From Lingula anatina (lineage: Eukaryota; Animalia; Brachiopoda): a stretch of 64,000 bases of DNA. The translations under genes and the position numbers were made by a program. Shown in pieces: positions 48,167 through 62,400 of the stretch. The number at the start of each line of letters is the position of its first letter. Position 1 is the stretch's first letter. The DNA is taken from assembly GCA_051362555.1 (NCBI GenBank), contig CM120640.1:50074788-50138787 (forward strand), given 5' to 3'. Below the pieces are notes generated by a model. That model saw nothing but the letters and a program-made list of their open reading frames with translations. It made no database searches and was not told where the DNA came from.

Positions 48167-50377
48167 GGTACGGATGTACCCAAATATAGCTAGAAATCCT
48201 CATTTTTGGTTTTTTATGTCTAATTATTGGTTAAATGTGTATCTAACGTTTAACAGAATAAAATTTTTACATTTTGAACAAAAAATATGTTTTTTTCTGA
48301 GGATTCTGATGCTGCACACATCGGCACCGGTGGCCTGGTCTATGCCCCGCCTTCGTTGTCAAGGGCCGTTAGCATGGGTAAACTCGGTGGGCGGACCTTA
48401 GCAGCATCAGCACGTCCAGGGAAACAATAGAACAGGGATGCGCCATGCCCCCTTTGTCATAAACAGCGATCGGCAAAGCAGTGGCTATTGTTCCGCTTAA
48501 GCTGTTTTGATAGTCACTCTTGATTGTGATCAGCGCTAAGATGAATCTTTTCCGACACATCGGATTTGCACGAAATCCGCATTCTCCCTTGAATATAGCT
48601 TGTTGTTACACGCGCTCTTTCGATTTTTTTTTTGTTCATTTTTGAGATACGCAAAAAAAGAAGAAAATTCCCTTGCTTGCTACCCGTGACAACAATCGTC
48701 ATACTTTCTATCCATTTTCGACAACAGCTCGATGCCAGGGGCGTAACCAGGCATACGCACGGATGCACTGTGTGTACAATTTTTTGAGCCAACCATGATA
48801 TTATTCTCCATAAATTCAGTGTATTTTTCACCGAATATAATCGTACCTGGGAATTTTCAAAATCTGTGCGTACAATTTTAAATGGTCTGGTTACGCCCCT
48901 GCATGCAGTTGTTAGATTTTAAAAATCTTAACATGGGCGTAACTAGGCATACGCACGGATGCACTGTGTGTACAATTTTTGGCCAACCATGATATTATTT
49001 CATGTAAATTTAGTGTATTTTTCACGGAATATAAAGAAATCCTCTGCTTATTAAAGTCACCTGTATGAACAAATCCTCTGTATCAATTGTATAGGCACAA
49101 TTGTTCTGACCCCCCCCCCCCCCCCCCCCCCCCCCCGTCTTGCATACTTTTATTTATAAAACTCTCCTGAAGCCTCGCTGGCGATATTTAGCTCAGGTAA
49201 AAATGTACCCGAGTGTTATTTTCAAAGAGCAGCTCCCGCAACCCTGAGGGCACTAGATAAAATCTGGACACCAGGTTTTATAAGGAGCTAGAGAAACAAA
49301 GGAAGGATTTTTCCTGCAAAGCGTCAAATAATTTTGAAACTGAGTTGACCCAGCTTTTTTCTTCAACAATTATCGCAGAATTTTTCCTGGCTCACCCAAC
49401 TTTAGACATTTCCTCTAACAAAACCTTTTGGGTTGCGTCTATTTCTTGTTGTTGATGGTCCGATCGGCGTCCTGTAACAAGACCGTGTTTTCGAACCATT
49501 TTTCGCTTGGCGAATGTGGACAAGACCGCCTGCAATGCTGCTATTGTGTGCACATCCTAGAGCGCATCCCTAACACTTTCCCCGATGGCAATTGATGTGG
49601 CCACTGATTGCTTGAGTCATTAGGGCTTACTTGATTGCCTGTCAATCATTCTGGCAGTGCTAGCAGTAACCCCTTGAAGTTACTAACAGGAGGTGAGATT
49701 GATACAAAAATGAGATTTTTTGACATCCAAATGCATGAAAACAAGCTAATTTCAACCGGCAATAGAGTACTCATCTTCGCGATCGTCAGAACGATGACAG
49801 GTAAAGCTGTCAACAATTTAATTTGCTAATTTGGACAATTAACCTCCCTGAAAGGGTTTTTGCTCGTTTTCTTTGCTTTCAATATTGACGAGATAGCGTT
49901 ATCTTAGCAAGCTATAACTGTCTACCTGTACACCTGAGGGAGACCAAATTTACCATGCTAATTATGAAAAGTATGCACTAAAAGTGCTTTTTAAGAAATT
50001 TTGATTGATCCTCTCTTTTCTAATTTATAGACTTTGAAAGTGAAAATTTCCTAATATTTTGATGTAATTTCACGTTTTTATAGATAAAATCAACAATAAG
50101 TGTCTGAAGAAAAATCCCTGACTCCATGCTGTAGTACTTTGTTCTAGTGTTATAATGCCATCAAAAGCAAGTTTATAGCTGTCCAGGTGCCTGAGAAAAT
50201 CAGGTGTATAAAAATGGTGTTTTTGTCCCCAAAATCCCGATATTACGTCACACGATGAAGTTAGAGCTGTGTTCCAAGCATAATTAGATATTTTGAAGAT
50301 ACATTAAATGAATGTGACAGGAATAAAAAAGCCAAGACCTTTATTTTAAGAGAAAATCTCAAACCTACATTCCCACC
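48167..50377. mobile_element. Non-autonomous TTAA DNA transposon (Kolobok-like), family K copy 2 (inverted)
   Basis: TTAA at 48163-48166 and 50378-50381. Reverse-complement homologue of 29592-31665 with a different middle and nested insertions. Confidence 0.85.
48736..48901. mobile_element. MITE nested in family K copy 2; partial second copy at 48932-49034
   Basis: Perfect 15-bp TIR CAGGGGCGTAACCAG / CTGGTTACGCCCCTG; absent from the homologous position (~31110) in copy 1. Confidence 0.8.
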
Positions 50378-51602
50378 TTAAAAATGTAAATACTGTGTAG
50401 TTTTTATGATTTTTATTTATTTCTAACTATTTTGTAAAATGAACAACGCTAAGAAACAAAATGTTAGTAAAACTCTATGGAGTCCAAAAAGACTTCAGAA
50501 TTGCAATCCATGGAGTTTACAGTTCATAAGTAGAAAGCCTTTTAAGAAATTTTACTTATTTGAACCATACAACAGAGGCTCATCTAATTCAATAGGCTCT
50601 GCAGATCTCCATTAAGAAATACTGTCATAACATAGTTTGTCTTTTTTAAAAGACCATATTTTAGGACTAAAATTTGTAATGAAAATGTTAATTGTGAGAT
50701 AAGAAATACATTTTGTGCTAGAGAAAATGCAAGTGCAAATTGAAAGTATAATGATATGTAACATCTTTTTGTTTTGTTGTATTACTATTGTCATTATTGC
50801 TAAATTAAAACAAAATTTGGTATCAAATGCTGAACTTGACTGAATTTTCAGTCCATCAATAGATTTTTGCATACATTACAGTTTTGATATGGCCTCAGTA
50901 TCAAATGAAGTTATGTTTTATTAAATTTTTTTTTTCCAGATGATATCAAAGCCCCTCTCTCTACCCTAAAGTATACCTATAAAAACAGCGATTCCAACTA
51001 GCAACCATACTTCTTTTTCAATGTCATGTTCATGCTCGCAATTTGGCTCTGAACCCAAAACTCTGAGCCATCTGTTTCAAAAGTATGTTTGATGAAGTTA
51101 GACTTTTGACAGCAAATATTTTAAAATCTTAGTAACAAAATACTTAGCTTCAACAATAAGTCATAATGGATACAAATAAGAACAGGCTAATAAAAAAGAA
51201 TCTCTAATAAAAACATCTGAGGTGAATCTCCTACTTTAAGTGGAGAATGATAATTGTTTATAAGTTAAAGAGTATATATGAACAAAATACTAAAATGGTA
51301 AATATGCTCAGATTCATACATTTGCATTGATAGTGCAATAACAACCCAGTATTGACAGCACCATTACATAACCTCCAAGAGATTAAAGTTTAAGTTTAGT
51401 TCTTAATAACCTCTTAAACTACGTATCCATTATATGCCCTTACTTCATTTACTTCTCTGAAGTTCTCTCAATTAAATTAAATTGATATATGTATTTTCTA
51501 GACAACGGGGGCATTTCTGAAAATCATATATTATCAAATGAGTGATAGACAATTGAATAAAACTGAATGTACAAGTTGAAAAACAGGATCCAACCCTTCC
51601 TC

Positions 51603-52707
51603 TTAGTCAGTTTTTAATTGACTGTGCTGCCCGTTAGCCAATCCATTTTCCTCACTGGTTTTCTTTAGCAAGACATCAATAGGGCTGTCCACTACAGATA
51701 GTGCTATTCCGAATTGTGCTGCATAATATGTTGTCATGATGATAGTGTGACCAAATGGAATAGGCATGACAAACTTATCCAATGCAATGGTTAAATCGGA
51801 GATGAGGAAAGCAATGGAGCCAGCACATCCACACAGCTTGGTCCAAGTCCACAGGTCATCAAAGAGCTGGACCCTGGCCACTGCCCTCCAGGCCATGAAC
51901 AAAATGAGGATGAGGTACATGGGGACCAGTATGTTCATTATACCAGTTAACCCAGGAGACAAGATGGTATAGACAATAGATCCCAGGAAACTGATTACTA
52001 ATCCTGCCCATGGGTTTAGAGGCCTCATTCCAAATGCAGAAGCATACAGGAGCTGGGCTACAGCAAACATTGCCAATCCATGTTCAAAGCAATAGTGTTT
52101 CCATACCAGGAATATATCCCCAAGGCAGGAAAAGATCAAGCCAGCAAGGATTCGTCTGGAGTATGCATAATACTCTGACAAGTTCATGCCATGAAGCAAC
52201 ACAAACACTATCAATGATATCACTGGCAAGCACTTGATGATGGCATAGAAGATGGACCCATAGGAAGCTTCATCCCCAAATAGCACAAAATAGATAGCCA
52301 ATGTTTTGAAGAAAGGGACTAGTTTCGGACCCACAGACTTCAGCTGAAAATTAAAAAATAAAATATATATATATATGTGTGTGTGTGTGATTATATATAT
52401 ATATATATATTCTTGGTGTACTATTTTAACTTCCGCCTTAACATGGTAAGTGTTTTAGTTAATGTTACATAGTGTACAATGTGTTCTTGTGTAATTTCTC
52501 TTGACCAAAATTGAAAGCACTGTCAATAAATTGTTCAACATTTAATAACCAAAACCCGTGCATAAATATATAAATATAAATTTCTTGGCTGTCTTCTTTC
52601 CATTTTTAGTGAGGGAACAGGTAGAAATGAGGATAATTTCATGTTCAACGTCAGTACTAAATAGCGCAAAATACACAAGTTTTTCATAATGTCAGATGAC
52701 ATATCAG

Positions 52708-52753
<46 letters not shown>

Positions 52754-53208
52754 CAGAAAGAGATTTAAGTGGTATATACGTCTGGCAGCAAAGGTACAAT
52801 AGTTTAAGTATATATACACGATTATGAGGCACTGGACTTTGACCGTCAGTTCTCCCACGTATTTCTCTAACACAAAGCAACTATCGTTAGTCATCATCAC
52901 AAGACCTTGGTCAAGATCCACGTGCCTACCTTAAGAAAGTATAACAGTTTATGGCCACTATAAGAGCATGATAAATTATTTAAAAAAACAGATATTCATT
53001 CCTCTTACAAATACAAATATGTAGTCAGTCACAGATTCTTTTACGTCGAATAGTTGCTCCACCATTGCCTTTGTTTACGTTTTGTTACTAAAAATAGCTT
53101 GCGCACAGATGTTTACAACTTTTCACTGACAGAATGTAGGATTTTAATATAAACGAGACACCTGAACTACAACGCTGGTACACTTACCACAGTGAGAGGT
53201 CTCGTCAT
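51603..53208 (-). CDS. TMEM86A: Lysoplasmalogenase TMEM86A-like (YhhN family)
   Basis: Exon 53188-53208 (MTRPLTV) spliced in phase 0 to 51603-52343 (LKSVGPKLVPFFK...KCLP...GLIFSCLGDIFL...FLISD...IMTTYYAAQ). Confidence 0.93.
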
Positions 53209-53600
53209 ACTGCAATTGTTCGAAAAATTACATTAAAGAGCAGATTCTGGTCTGAACGCAATAAACCCTCTTGAAAAAATTGTCTGTCCTGTCAAAACTG
53301 TTTTCTATCTACGTCACTGGCTCAAAGGTTGAAATGACGTCACAGGAAATGTGGGTTGAGAAAGCAATGTTTACTGGCTATTTGGTTCCAATCGTAAAGC
53401 ATTTTAACCTATGAGAAAACTTTTTACATAAGGTGTTTGTATGTTAGCCACCAGGTGGTAGCCTACCAAGATAATCCTTCATGTACACCGTGGAGTAACA
53501 TTGAAATCGACAGACTGCCAGGCAATGGTGTGGGAACAGTAGCCCTTACAAAAGTTGTTAAGCTGTTGCGAACTTTCATCTAAGTAGGCAATATACATCT
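53209..53600. promoter_or_regulatory. Bidirectional promoter TMEM86/ANKS1
   Basis: CRE TGACGTCA at 53335-53342, TACGTCA near 53310 and CTCF-like CCACCAGGTGGTAG at 53448-53461, between divergent start codons. Confidence 0.55.
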
Positions 53601-53742
53601 CTACATCTCTGGACGCGTAAGGGAAATCAACAGCTCTGAAAATAAGCGTGAAACAATATTTTTATTCCTGTGTTAAGTTTTGGGAAGGGCCATTTCATTT
53701 GAATGACCTAAATTTATAACAGGACATCTGTGGATCCATACA

Positions 53743-56700
53743 ATGGGCAAGGATCACGATTTACTGGAAGCTGCCAGAAATGGACAGGTTGAACAAATAG
53801 AACGAATATTGGGTCATCATAAGACGAAAAAAGTACCACTTGGGCCATTGTCAAGGTATTACTTGTTGCTTGAAGTGCATTTTTCTAAAACAGGAAGTAA
53901 CGTTAAAATTGTGAAATAAAGTTTGTAAAACTTTTGGAACGGGTGGAAATAAAGCTAACCCCAGAGCTTAATATGACTTGGTTTGACTTTGGTCCTTATC
54001 ATTATTATGTAGTATTTACCAAATGACGAAATGGAAAAAAGTAGTTTTTGAACGACGGAGCATTACGTAATTGGTTCAACAGGTACTTACAACTTTGTTT
54101 ACACTTTGAACAGTGCTACTGCTGCCCTGACAGGCAGGCTAATTTTTTTATCCAATCATATTGTGGAAATAAACAAAAAAAGAAATGTACACTTTTATGG
54201 GTCCATTCTAATTTTTATGTATCATTTCAATAATTTTTATGCCAGTTGTGAAAATGGCAAATAAAAAATTCATCTTGTGCCTTTCATACTGGTATTTGAT
54301 TGTACATACAGTGCTAATATTGAAGCCAAAGAACAAAGAACATGATAGCTATTTTTTTTTTTTTTTTAGTTCATCAATATAAACCTTGCTTTGCATGCCA
54401 AGATGCAATATGAAATTACTGGCAGTAAGAATATCAAAGGGTCACTTGCTCTATGAAATATAAGTTTTTAGTCATAGATTAGTGAAATCTTTACTTTAAT
54501 GAAATCTTAACCTGTTATGGTAATTGATAGATTCCTTCCAGGAAATGAAAGGAAATATTCCAATCAGCCTTTCAGGTTAGCTGTAAATCTTAAGTAGCCA
54601 ACTGGGACAGAGCTGCATATGCGGAGAGGATTGAAATCAATAAATAGTGATAGACTTGGAAGGGGCTTAAAGCCAGTTCAACTGATCATCGTTGCATTAT
54701 CGTTTGTTAATGAATGCAGCCATCTGTGGCAGTTCCTGTGGGACTTCAGTTTACTGCATAAGAAATTACCTGACATACATAGCTATATATGTATAGTCTT
54801 GATCCTAACATTGTCTTGCTTATTTCAGTGCCATATGTAGATATACACCTTATGTATTACATATTAAAATAAAGGCCTTTTTATGTAGAGCATCTTTTGT
54901 GTGATTAGAAGTAGAAATAAAGATTAATTTGAAAATATTACCTTTTCCCCCTTATGGTAGCTGCCTGTGATTTACAAAAAGAGACACTGACAATCAATTT
55001 AAAAAATAAACTTTTAATAGGAAATGAAATAAAGAGTTCTTGCAGACATAGGTGTTAAGTGGTTCTGTGGATATCAAGGCAACAATTAACTGTGCATTAG
55101 TAGCTTAATCAGCTGTGAATTGATTTTGGGACATGATTGTGTGCCGTTTAATATGATTGATTATCAATATATATAAACATTTAAATTACACAGTGTGTGC
55201 TGTAGATTTTTTTAATATTATATTATTTACTTTATATTATTATTCCATTTAATAGTACATAACATGTTTCATTAGTTTTATAAGAAATAAGAAGAAATAA
55301 GTATCTTCAATTTTTGTTATAGTCTTAGGAAAGGCCCAAATCCAAGTTGTCAAGATGGCAATGGGGAAACACCTCTACACTATGCAGCTCTCAATGGACA
55401 TGTGTGAGTGGAATATGTGTATTTACTTTATTGTTACCCTTACTAGTAATGTATATATATTCATATGAGATACTTTTCAGATTTGTGTAATGTAGATTAT
55501 TAACTCCTCTTAATTTTAACTTACCAGAAATATGTAATATACATTCTCTAATTGAAAGACTTGGAAGACAATGCCTCTTTTATATTTGCTCAGAAACACC
55601 CAAGATACTTACTGTACACTTTATTAACAAATCTGTCAGTCAAAGAAAGGCCTGCTGAGCCATAACCAAGATAAGAAATGGAAACAAATACTGGCACGTG
55701 TACTAGTATATAAGTTTTATTAATATACATTAGAAGAATAAGAGAGCTTCTGTAACATGTTTTATGTTATTGAAAGTCAGACCTGTGTCATCTGTGGTAC
55801 TTCTGTACATATGTGAGTATATGGCATTGGTATTTGTCAGTTCTGTAAAAAAAAAACTGAAGATGCTACAAAAATTCCGAAAACTACAAAACTCCCAACT
55901 AGAAGAATAAAAGGCTCTTTTTGAAATTTCAGTATTTTCATTATTTGCTAAGAAGCATTCCCCTTGTTATCACCTGTCTTTTCCTTTCAATATCACCATC
56001 ATTCACCAGCTGTTATTATCAACACTTGCCCTTTGCTGTCACGCAACTTGAGATATATCCTGCTAACATTCTTTAGTCTGCTGTTTTGTTCACCCAACAC
56101 TGTCTCTTCCTACATCTGATCTTTCTTATTATTGGTTCTATATTTATATAAATATATGCATATTAAACCATGCAGGTAACATTTTGTGCTGTACCCAACA
56201 AAGCATAAATTTTCAAAATATATTTCAAAGGTATTTAATAGTAAATGGGCAAAGACATTTTAAATTTTTTTAATAAAAAATGAAATTTCAAAATATGACA
56301 GTGAATATGTCATGGATTATGAACAATTCTTGACCATCATCTGAATATTAAAAGGGCCTATTTATTAAATATTTGTATTTATTCATTTTTATATGTATTA
56401 ATTTTGATCAGTATACTAAAATTATTCCTCTCAGGTCTGCTGTCCAGTCTCTTCTAAGACATGAAGGCTGTGCCACCATTGCAGACAACAAAGGATGTCA
56501 TCCTATCCATCTTGCTGCCTGGAATGGAAATGATGAAATCTGCAAACTCTTACTCACTTCGGGACCATCATTTGCCAGTGTTAATGAACAGGTGAGAACA
56601 CCATATTTCATAACTCTTTTTAAAGAGTGTAATCTTGAACAAGGCTGTGTACTCTGATGAAGATATTATGATGTTAGGTTACAACAGTGCACAGTGTTCT

Positions 56701-59700
56701 ATTAAAATGCCAAATATGTTCATTTGCTTTGTTATTATGCTGCCTGTTTACTGTAATACACCATAAATGAATTATTTACCAACATTTTAATTTTATAATA
56801 ATGAATTCAATAAATTGTAAAATCTTTGATTACTGGACATATTCATTGTTAGTAGGTTTTATTGGAGTTATTTTTAAACCTGAAGAAAAAACTGTCTTTC
56901 AATTCATTTGTTAGGTTGTATAATTTAAAGTAGGATTTCTGTTGTCACATCAGTTATTTGAATGAATATAAGCTCCTGTTGATGACTTTTAGAGTAGATG
57001 AAGATACAAAATATGGCATTTAAAATCAAAATGTTACAAATAAAATAAAATTGGTAATATAAATAGAACTTAACTGTATGGGCATGAAAAAATTTATATG
57101 CAGACAAAATTTGAATTTTAACATTATCCAACTAATAAAGGGAAAAACCATTCATTATTGAGTCTAATATATGTATCTTGATTGCATTGCACCTGATGCT
57201 ACATTGTTTCATTGCATTGCACCTGACGCTACATTGCTTTGGCCTTGAATTAATAGAAATGGATCAAGCATACTTATAAACCTCTCATCTATTGTGCCGT
57301 ATGTATACTACTTGAGATTTAGGTTGCCTTGTCCTGTCATGTGATATGTATCTCTTTTTAATGGTAAAAATCAATGGCACCACTTAAATCTTTGTTAAGT
57401 GCTAGACTTGTGAAAATGAACTACAATCAGAGCATTTACTTTGGGATCTTTTAATTTGACTGCTAACTTTGTTAGAATTGTTTGCTCAGAAAATGACATG
57501 TGTCGATGTTTGTGTTAGCTTTAAGGCCTTATTGATTTGTGTTGTTTTCATCATATCATCCATAAGATTTAATGGAATGGACCACATTGGAAGCACACCA
57601 TTGTTGTTAGTGGGGCAGAAAAATCTTAACCTCTCTAAATTAATTGTATGTTAAATCTTTTTGTTGAAATTGGTATTTTGTCTTAGAAAATTGGGATAGT
57701 ATTCCATATTTGTTAATTGGTAAGCATATTTTGTAGAGATTTGTTTCTCTTCTCTTTTATGAACATGTGCATTATTTGGGAGTCTGTGTATATTATTTTG
57801 ATGATCAAAGCACATTTTATTGATATCCAGAACCATGAAGGAGACACAGCACTCCACACAGCTGCCCAATATGGCCATACAAAAGTAGTGAGGGTATTGC
57901 TTGAGGTGAGTAGAAATGGTAACTTTCCAGTCGTTATTGTAATTTATAGTTTGATAAAATTTTAGCAATTTGTAGCAGTTGCACACTTGTTAAGTGTATA
58001 CTACAATTTTATACACTCTCATATATCATATGTAATTAGTAATCCCAAAAATATAGATAAACAGAATAATATTATTTTTACTTTCATTAGGAAGATTGTG
58101 TAGACGCTCTTCAAATTAGGTGACAATGACTGTTGCAGAACTTAAATGATTATTTTATGTAGTAAATTTGGCAGTGTGGATACTGTATCATCCAAATGTT
58201 TATTATGTTAAAGTTGAAAACTGCTGGTGTTGCTTTTGGGCCTTAAGGGCTATTCAAGTTCAAATGTGGACATGATCCAATTATTCTTTATATATGTATA
58301 TCTGCACGTTCATGATACTGAGTAACAACAATGGGTTATCATCTTTCATGTGAAAGAGGATAGATTTGTCTTACTGAAACAAACATTTTTGTGTTTTCAA
58401 ACATTATTGAGTATTTTAAACTTTTTATTTCTTAGCCAAAAATGACACTCAAAAAGCGCCTTTTTAAAAAATTTCAACTTTTTACAATTTTCAAATCTGG
58501 AAGGGATATACTAATACAGTAATCGCTTACTTGAGCATGAAAATAAACATGGCAAAATCAAATGTACCCTTGAATTTGACCTATTTTTCCAATGTAAAGC
58601 AACTTATTTGTATATTGCTGTGTTATGTTTTGGCTTAAACTAGCTTGTTGCCTCTTATTGACTCAAAATTCAAGCTAGATTTTGATGCCATCAGAATGAT
58701 GGCGTAATAAGTTTATCAATGGGACTTTCAAGCCCTCCCTGTGATCATCAATAAAGTACCTGATTCCAGTGCCTTAAGTGGGCAGATGTATAAAAGATAT
58801 TGTACATTGAGATATTTAGTTAATCTGACCCCCAACAATTACTAAAAATGTGTGCACCTTTCACTTATTGAAACTTAACATGTATTAGGCTTGAGAGATT
58901 GGATTGGATTGCTAATAATGGCCATGCAGTGCCATAGAGATCTAGGTAAATCAAGGGTCCAAATAAATCTGTTTGATTATGTCTGATTAAGCTGTAAGTG
59001 ATAAGATGCATACTGTATGATAAGTTAGAGGTGAAGGCTATAGGCTAGCGCTTTTACTTAAAGAGTGTATCAGCTGCTTTTTAAATGCCTATACATCAAA
59101 CACTATATCATAGCAATATGTACTGGTGCAATGTATGTTTTGAGAGTTTATTAACTTTACACACTGAGTGTTATGAGATGTATATAAAAGACCATGACCA
59201 ATTGATAGTGAGATAATTTGCTGAAATATAAAATTAAAAAGAAATGACCCTCGTGTCTGAAATAACAGTTACTTTGTAAAATTAGTAAATAGTTAGACAA
59301 ATGAATGCAAGTAATTTTCCTTTCCTTCTTCCTCTGAGTTAACAAAGTGCATGACTGTTTCAAAAAAAAAAAAAAAATTTGGGCCTGATAATAAGAATAC
59401 ATTGGCTGTCTCCCAGAGGAATTTTTAAAATATGTGACACCAATCTAAAGATGTGCAGATCAGCCATTGTCCTTTAGATATCAAAGTTGGCTTTTATCTC
59501 AGTCATGTGAATTACTCAGTATACATGCACATACAGATTCATCAAAGGTAAAATGATTGAGCACTTAAATTTCCTGTGTGACATGTCGTCATGAAACAAT
59601 ATTGCTAATCTGAGCAGTTGAGTTACTGGCACAACTGAATCATTTGACATGTGTGGAGATGTGATTTTGTCAGTTTTGAGATTGGTAATTGAAATTTCAC

Positions 59701-61379
59701 ATTATGGCAAAACAATCCATTTTATCCATTTCTGATGTAGTCGTTTAGTTGATATCACAACCAAAAGAATGGATAAGTAAGCTTAATTAAGTTTTATCTA
59801 GGACATCAGTTGTAAATTCTTTTGCCCTAATTTATATATTGTTTTAGAAACATCCTCACATTTTATCTAGTGAATTCCTTTAATTCGCACTCCCCTGCTG
59901 TGTTATATGTGGCAAGAAAACCATGCGTTAATCAGCCGTCAGTAAAGCAGCTTCCATCAGCTTTGGCAGGTGTGCAGTCTTCCTGATCAATTTTCAAAAG
60001 CTAATAAAAACTGGTTTCTCATATTGCAGATCCATTTTCCATTGTCTCAGCAAAACTATTTTCTTTATTCTGTGTGTCTGTTCACATGATTCATTTTGGT
60101 ATTCAAGACAATTTATCTTTGAAAAAAAGTGTGTATGTCTAAGATATTCTGAGATCATTAGAGAGAAAAGTATTCCCAGAGTGAAATATCTGAATCTTAA
60201 AGAGTATTTGCCATTAGTCATTAAAGTGAGTTTTTAGCAGGATAGGAAGACTCTGTGGGATTATGCCATTAGCACCTTTAGTGATTTTTTGAGGGTGCTT
60301 TTGTTTTATTCCAACTGAGGAAAAACTGCTTGAAAGGAATCATTGAGCTGGATCATATTGCATTTTGTCCTTATGCAGATGTAATTACTGATCATGATTA
60401 GATAAAACTGTCATGAATAAAAATATAGAAAATCAGAGGGGAATATTCTTTGATTCGGATGCAGATGCTGCCTGAAGTGTTTTAATATTTAACAACACTT
60501 TGTACTTCTTGACAGCCTGAAATGGAAAGATAAGATTTTTTTATATCCAATTTAAAGTATGTTATATTGGAATTAATTCTCATGAAGTATGAAGAAGTGA
60601 CAGTTGGTTTTTTTTTTTTTTCAATAATAAGGTAAAAAGAAGTATTGTTATTATCAACTCAATTGAATTTCTTCATTATTTGTAAAAGCTGATTGATTAA
60701 ATAAACCCAGCAATGTGTTCCTGCAGTATTCATATGAAAATGCAAAGTATTATTTTGTTTCATAAAATGCTCAGTCATGTTTGTATTTTACTATACAGAA
60801 ACTTTGTTATGGAATCATATGAAAATAGATATTTCTATTGTCAACCAGCAGCAGTTCATGAGGATGCGAATTTCACCAACTAAGCATTTATATCATAAAC
60901 TGAATGAAGTAGTCTTCATTTGTTATGATAACTTTATTGATACGAGTTATGTTTTATTTTTGAAGCTATTTGCATATTATTTGCATATATATTTATCCAA
61001 TCTTTACAGAGGAATTGCCAAAAATCTCTCTTCTTTGATATTCACAGGAAACACTCCTGATCATGGTAGTTTTGAATTTGCACATATGTATTCCTTTGCG
61101 AGTTTTAGCGTTTGAAGTTTTTTTAGAATTTTTAATATCAATTCCATTCACATTCAGAGTAAAGCAGATCCTACCATACGGAACAACAGAGCAGAATCTC
61201 CATTGGACTTAGCTGCCCAGTATGGCCGTCTGGAGACGGTGCAGGTTCTGTTGAAGTTTTGTCCAGCACTGGTCAATGAGAAGTCTTCCAAACACTCTCC
61301 GCTTCACCTGGCCTGCAGAAATGGACAAAAGCAAGTAGTTCAAACCCTGTTGGAAGCTGGATTTGACATAAATACTGAG
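53743..61379 (+). CDS. ANKS1: ANKS1A/B (Odin/AIDA-1)-like ankyrin repeat and SAM domain protein, N-terminal part; continues beyond the window
   Basis: Exons 53743-53855, 55323-55403, 56435-56591, 57831-57905, 61158-61379. Sequence MGKDHDLLEAARNG, ADNKGCHPIHLAAWNG, GPSFASVNEQN, TALHTAAQYGH, DPTIRN, PLDLAAQYGRL and KHSPLHLACRNG matches the ANKS1 ankyrin array. SAM and PTB domains not seen in the window. Confidence 0.88.
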
Positions 61380-62400
61380 GTACATATATATATATATTCA
61401 ATTTATTTATTTGATAACTTGTGTGGTATTTTTACTGGGTTTTGTATGATTTTTGGTTACCAGAGCAGGGCCCCTTTGAACAAATTAGTTTAAACAATAA
61501 TCCAACACTCAAATCCAAATTATTTATTCAATTACCTGACTATTTCAGTGCAATCTGATTATCTCACCTGACTTTTCTCTGAGGTCATTCATATGCACAT
61601 CACCATCTCTCGTGCATGCTTGCATGGAATAAACAATGCTGCATTTTGCTCCAAAACTCATTCAATTTATCCTCAAATTAATCTTTTATGTCTGATGTAT
61701 CAGATTCCAAGCATAGAACACGTATATAGTTCTTTTTTTTTTCTCTGTGCCCCTGCATTTTGGGGTATTTACAAATGCTTTTTAACATTTAAATACATAA
61801 ACCAGTTAACTGGAATATTTGATCATTTTGATCACTTACACAATTCAGTCTTAAATTATTATCACAGCAGAATGCTATTTATTTATTATTTTTTGCAAAA
61901 CAAAATATTGACCAAAAAACAAGTGATTGTTTTATGATATAATTTAATACCTGAATGTCAGAGTCCTTTAAGATTACATCAAAAGTTGCAACATTGTTGT
62001 CATCTGTTTTTCAATGTCTCCTATTATCTGATGGGTCAAAAAATCCATGACAACATCATTAGTTAATATTGTGTCAAATGAAAACATAATTGTTTACTAC
62101 TGACTTTTCAAACCTTTTATTGGAAATCATGTCATTACCTGTGGTAATTATATAAATAAATGCTTGTTATTTACTTAGCTCTAACTTTAATGTTAAAAAA
62201 CATTGTTAAAACTTACAATTATTCACATACAACTTTCATCATCCAAATCCATTGATCAAGTGAATGTTCTATTTGAATCCAATCTTACATTTCTGGCATT
62301 GTTGAGTATTGTGTTTACAATAATCTAGAATGGATTGTCCTGTCAGAGGAAGATGATTTTTATGTATTATAGCAAAAGTATCTCTGATGCCACTGTAGAA

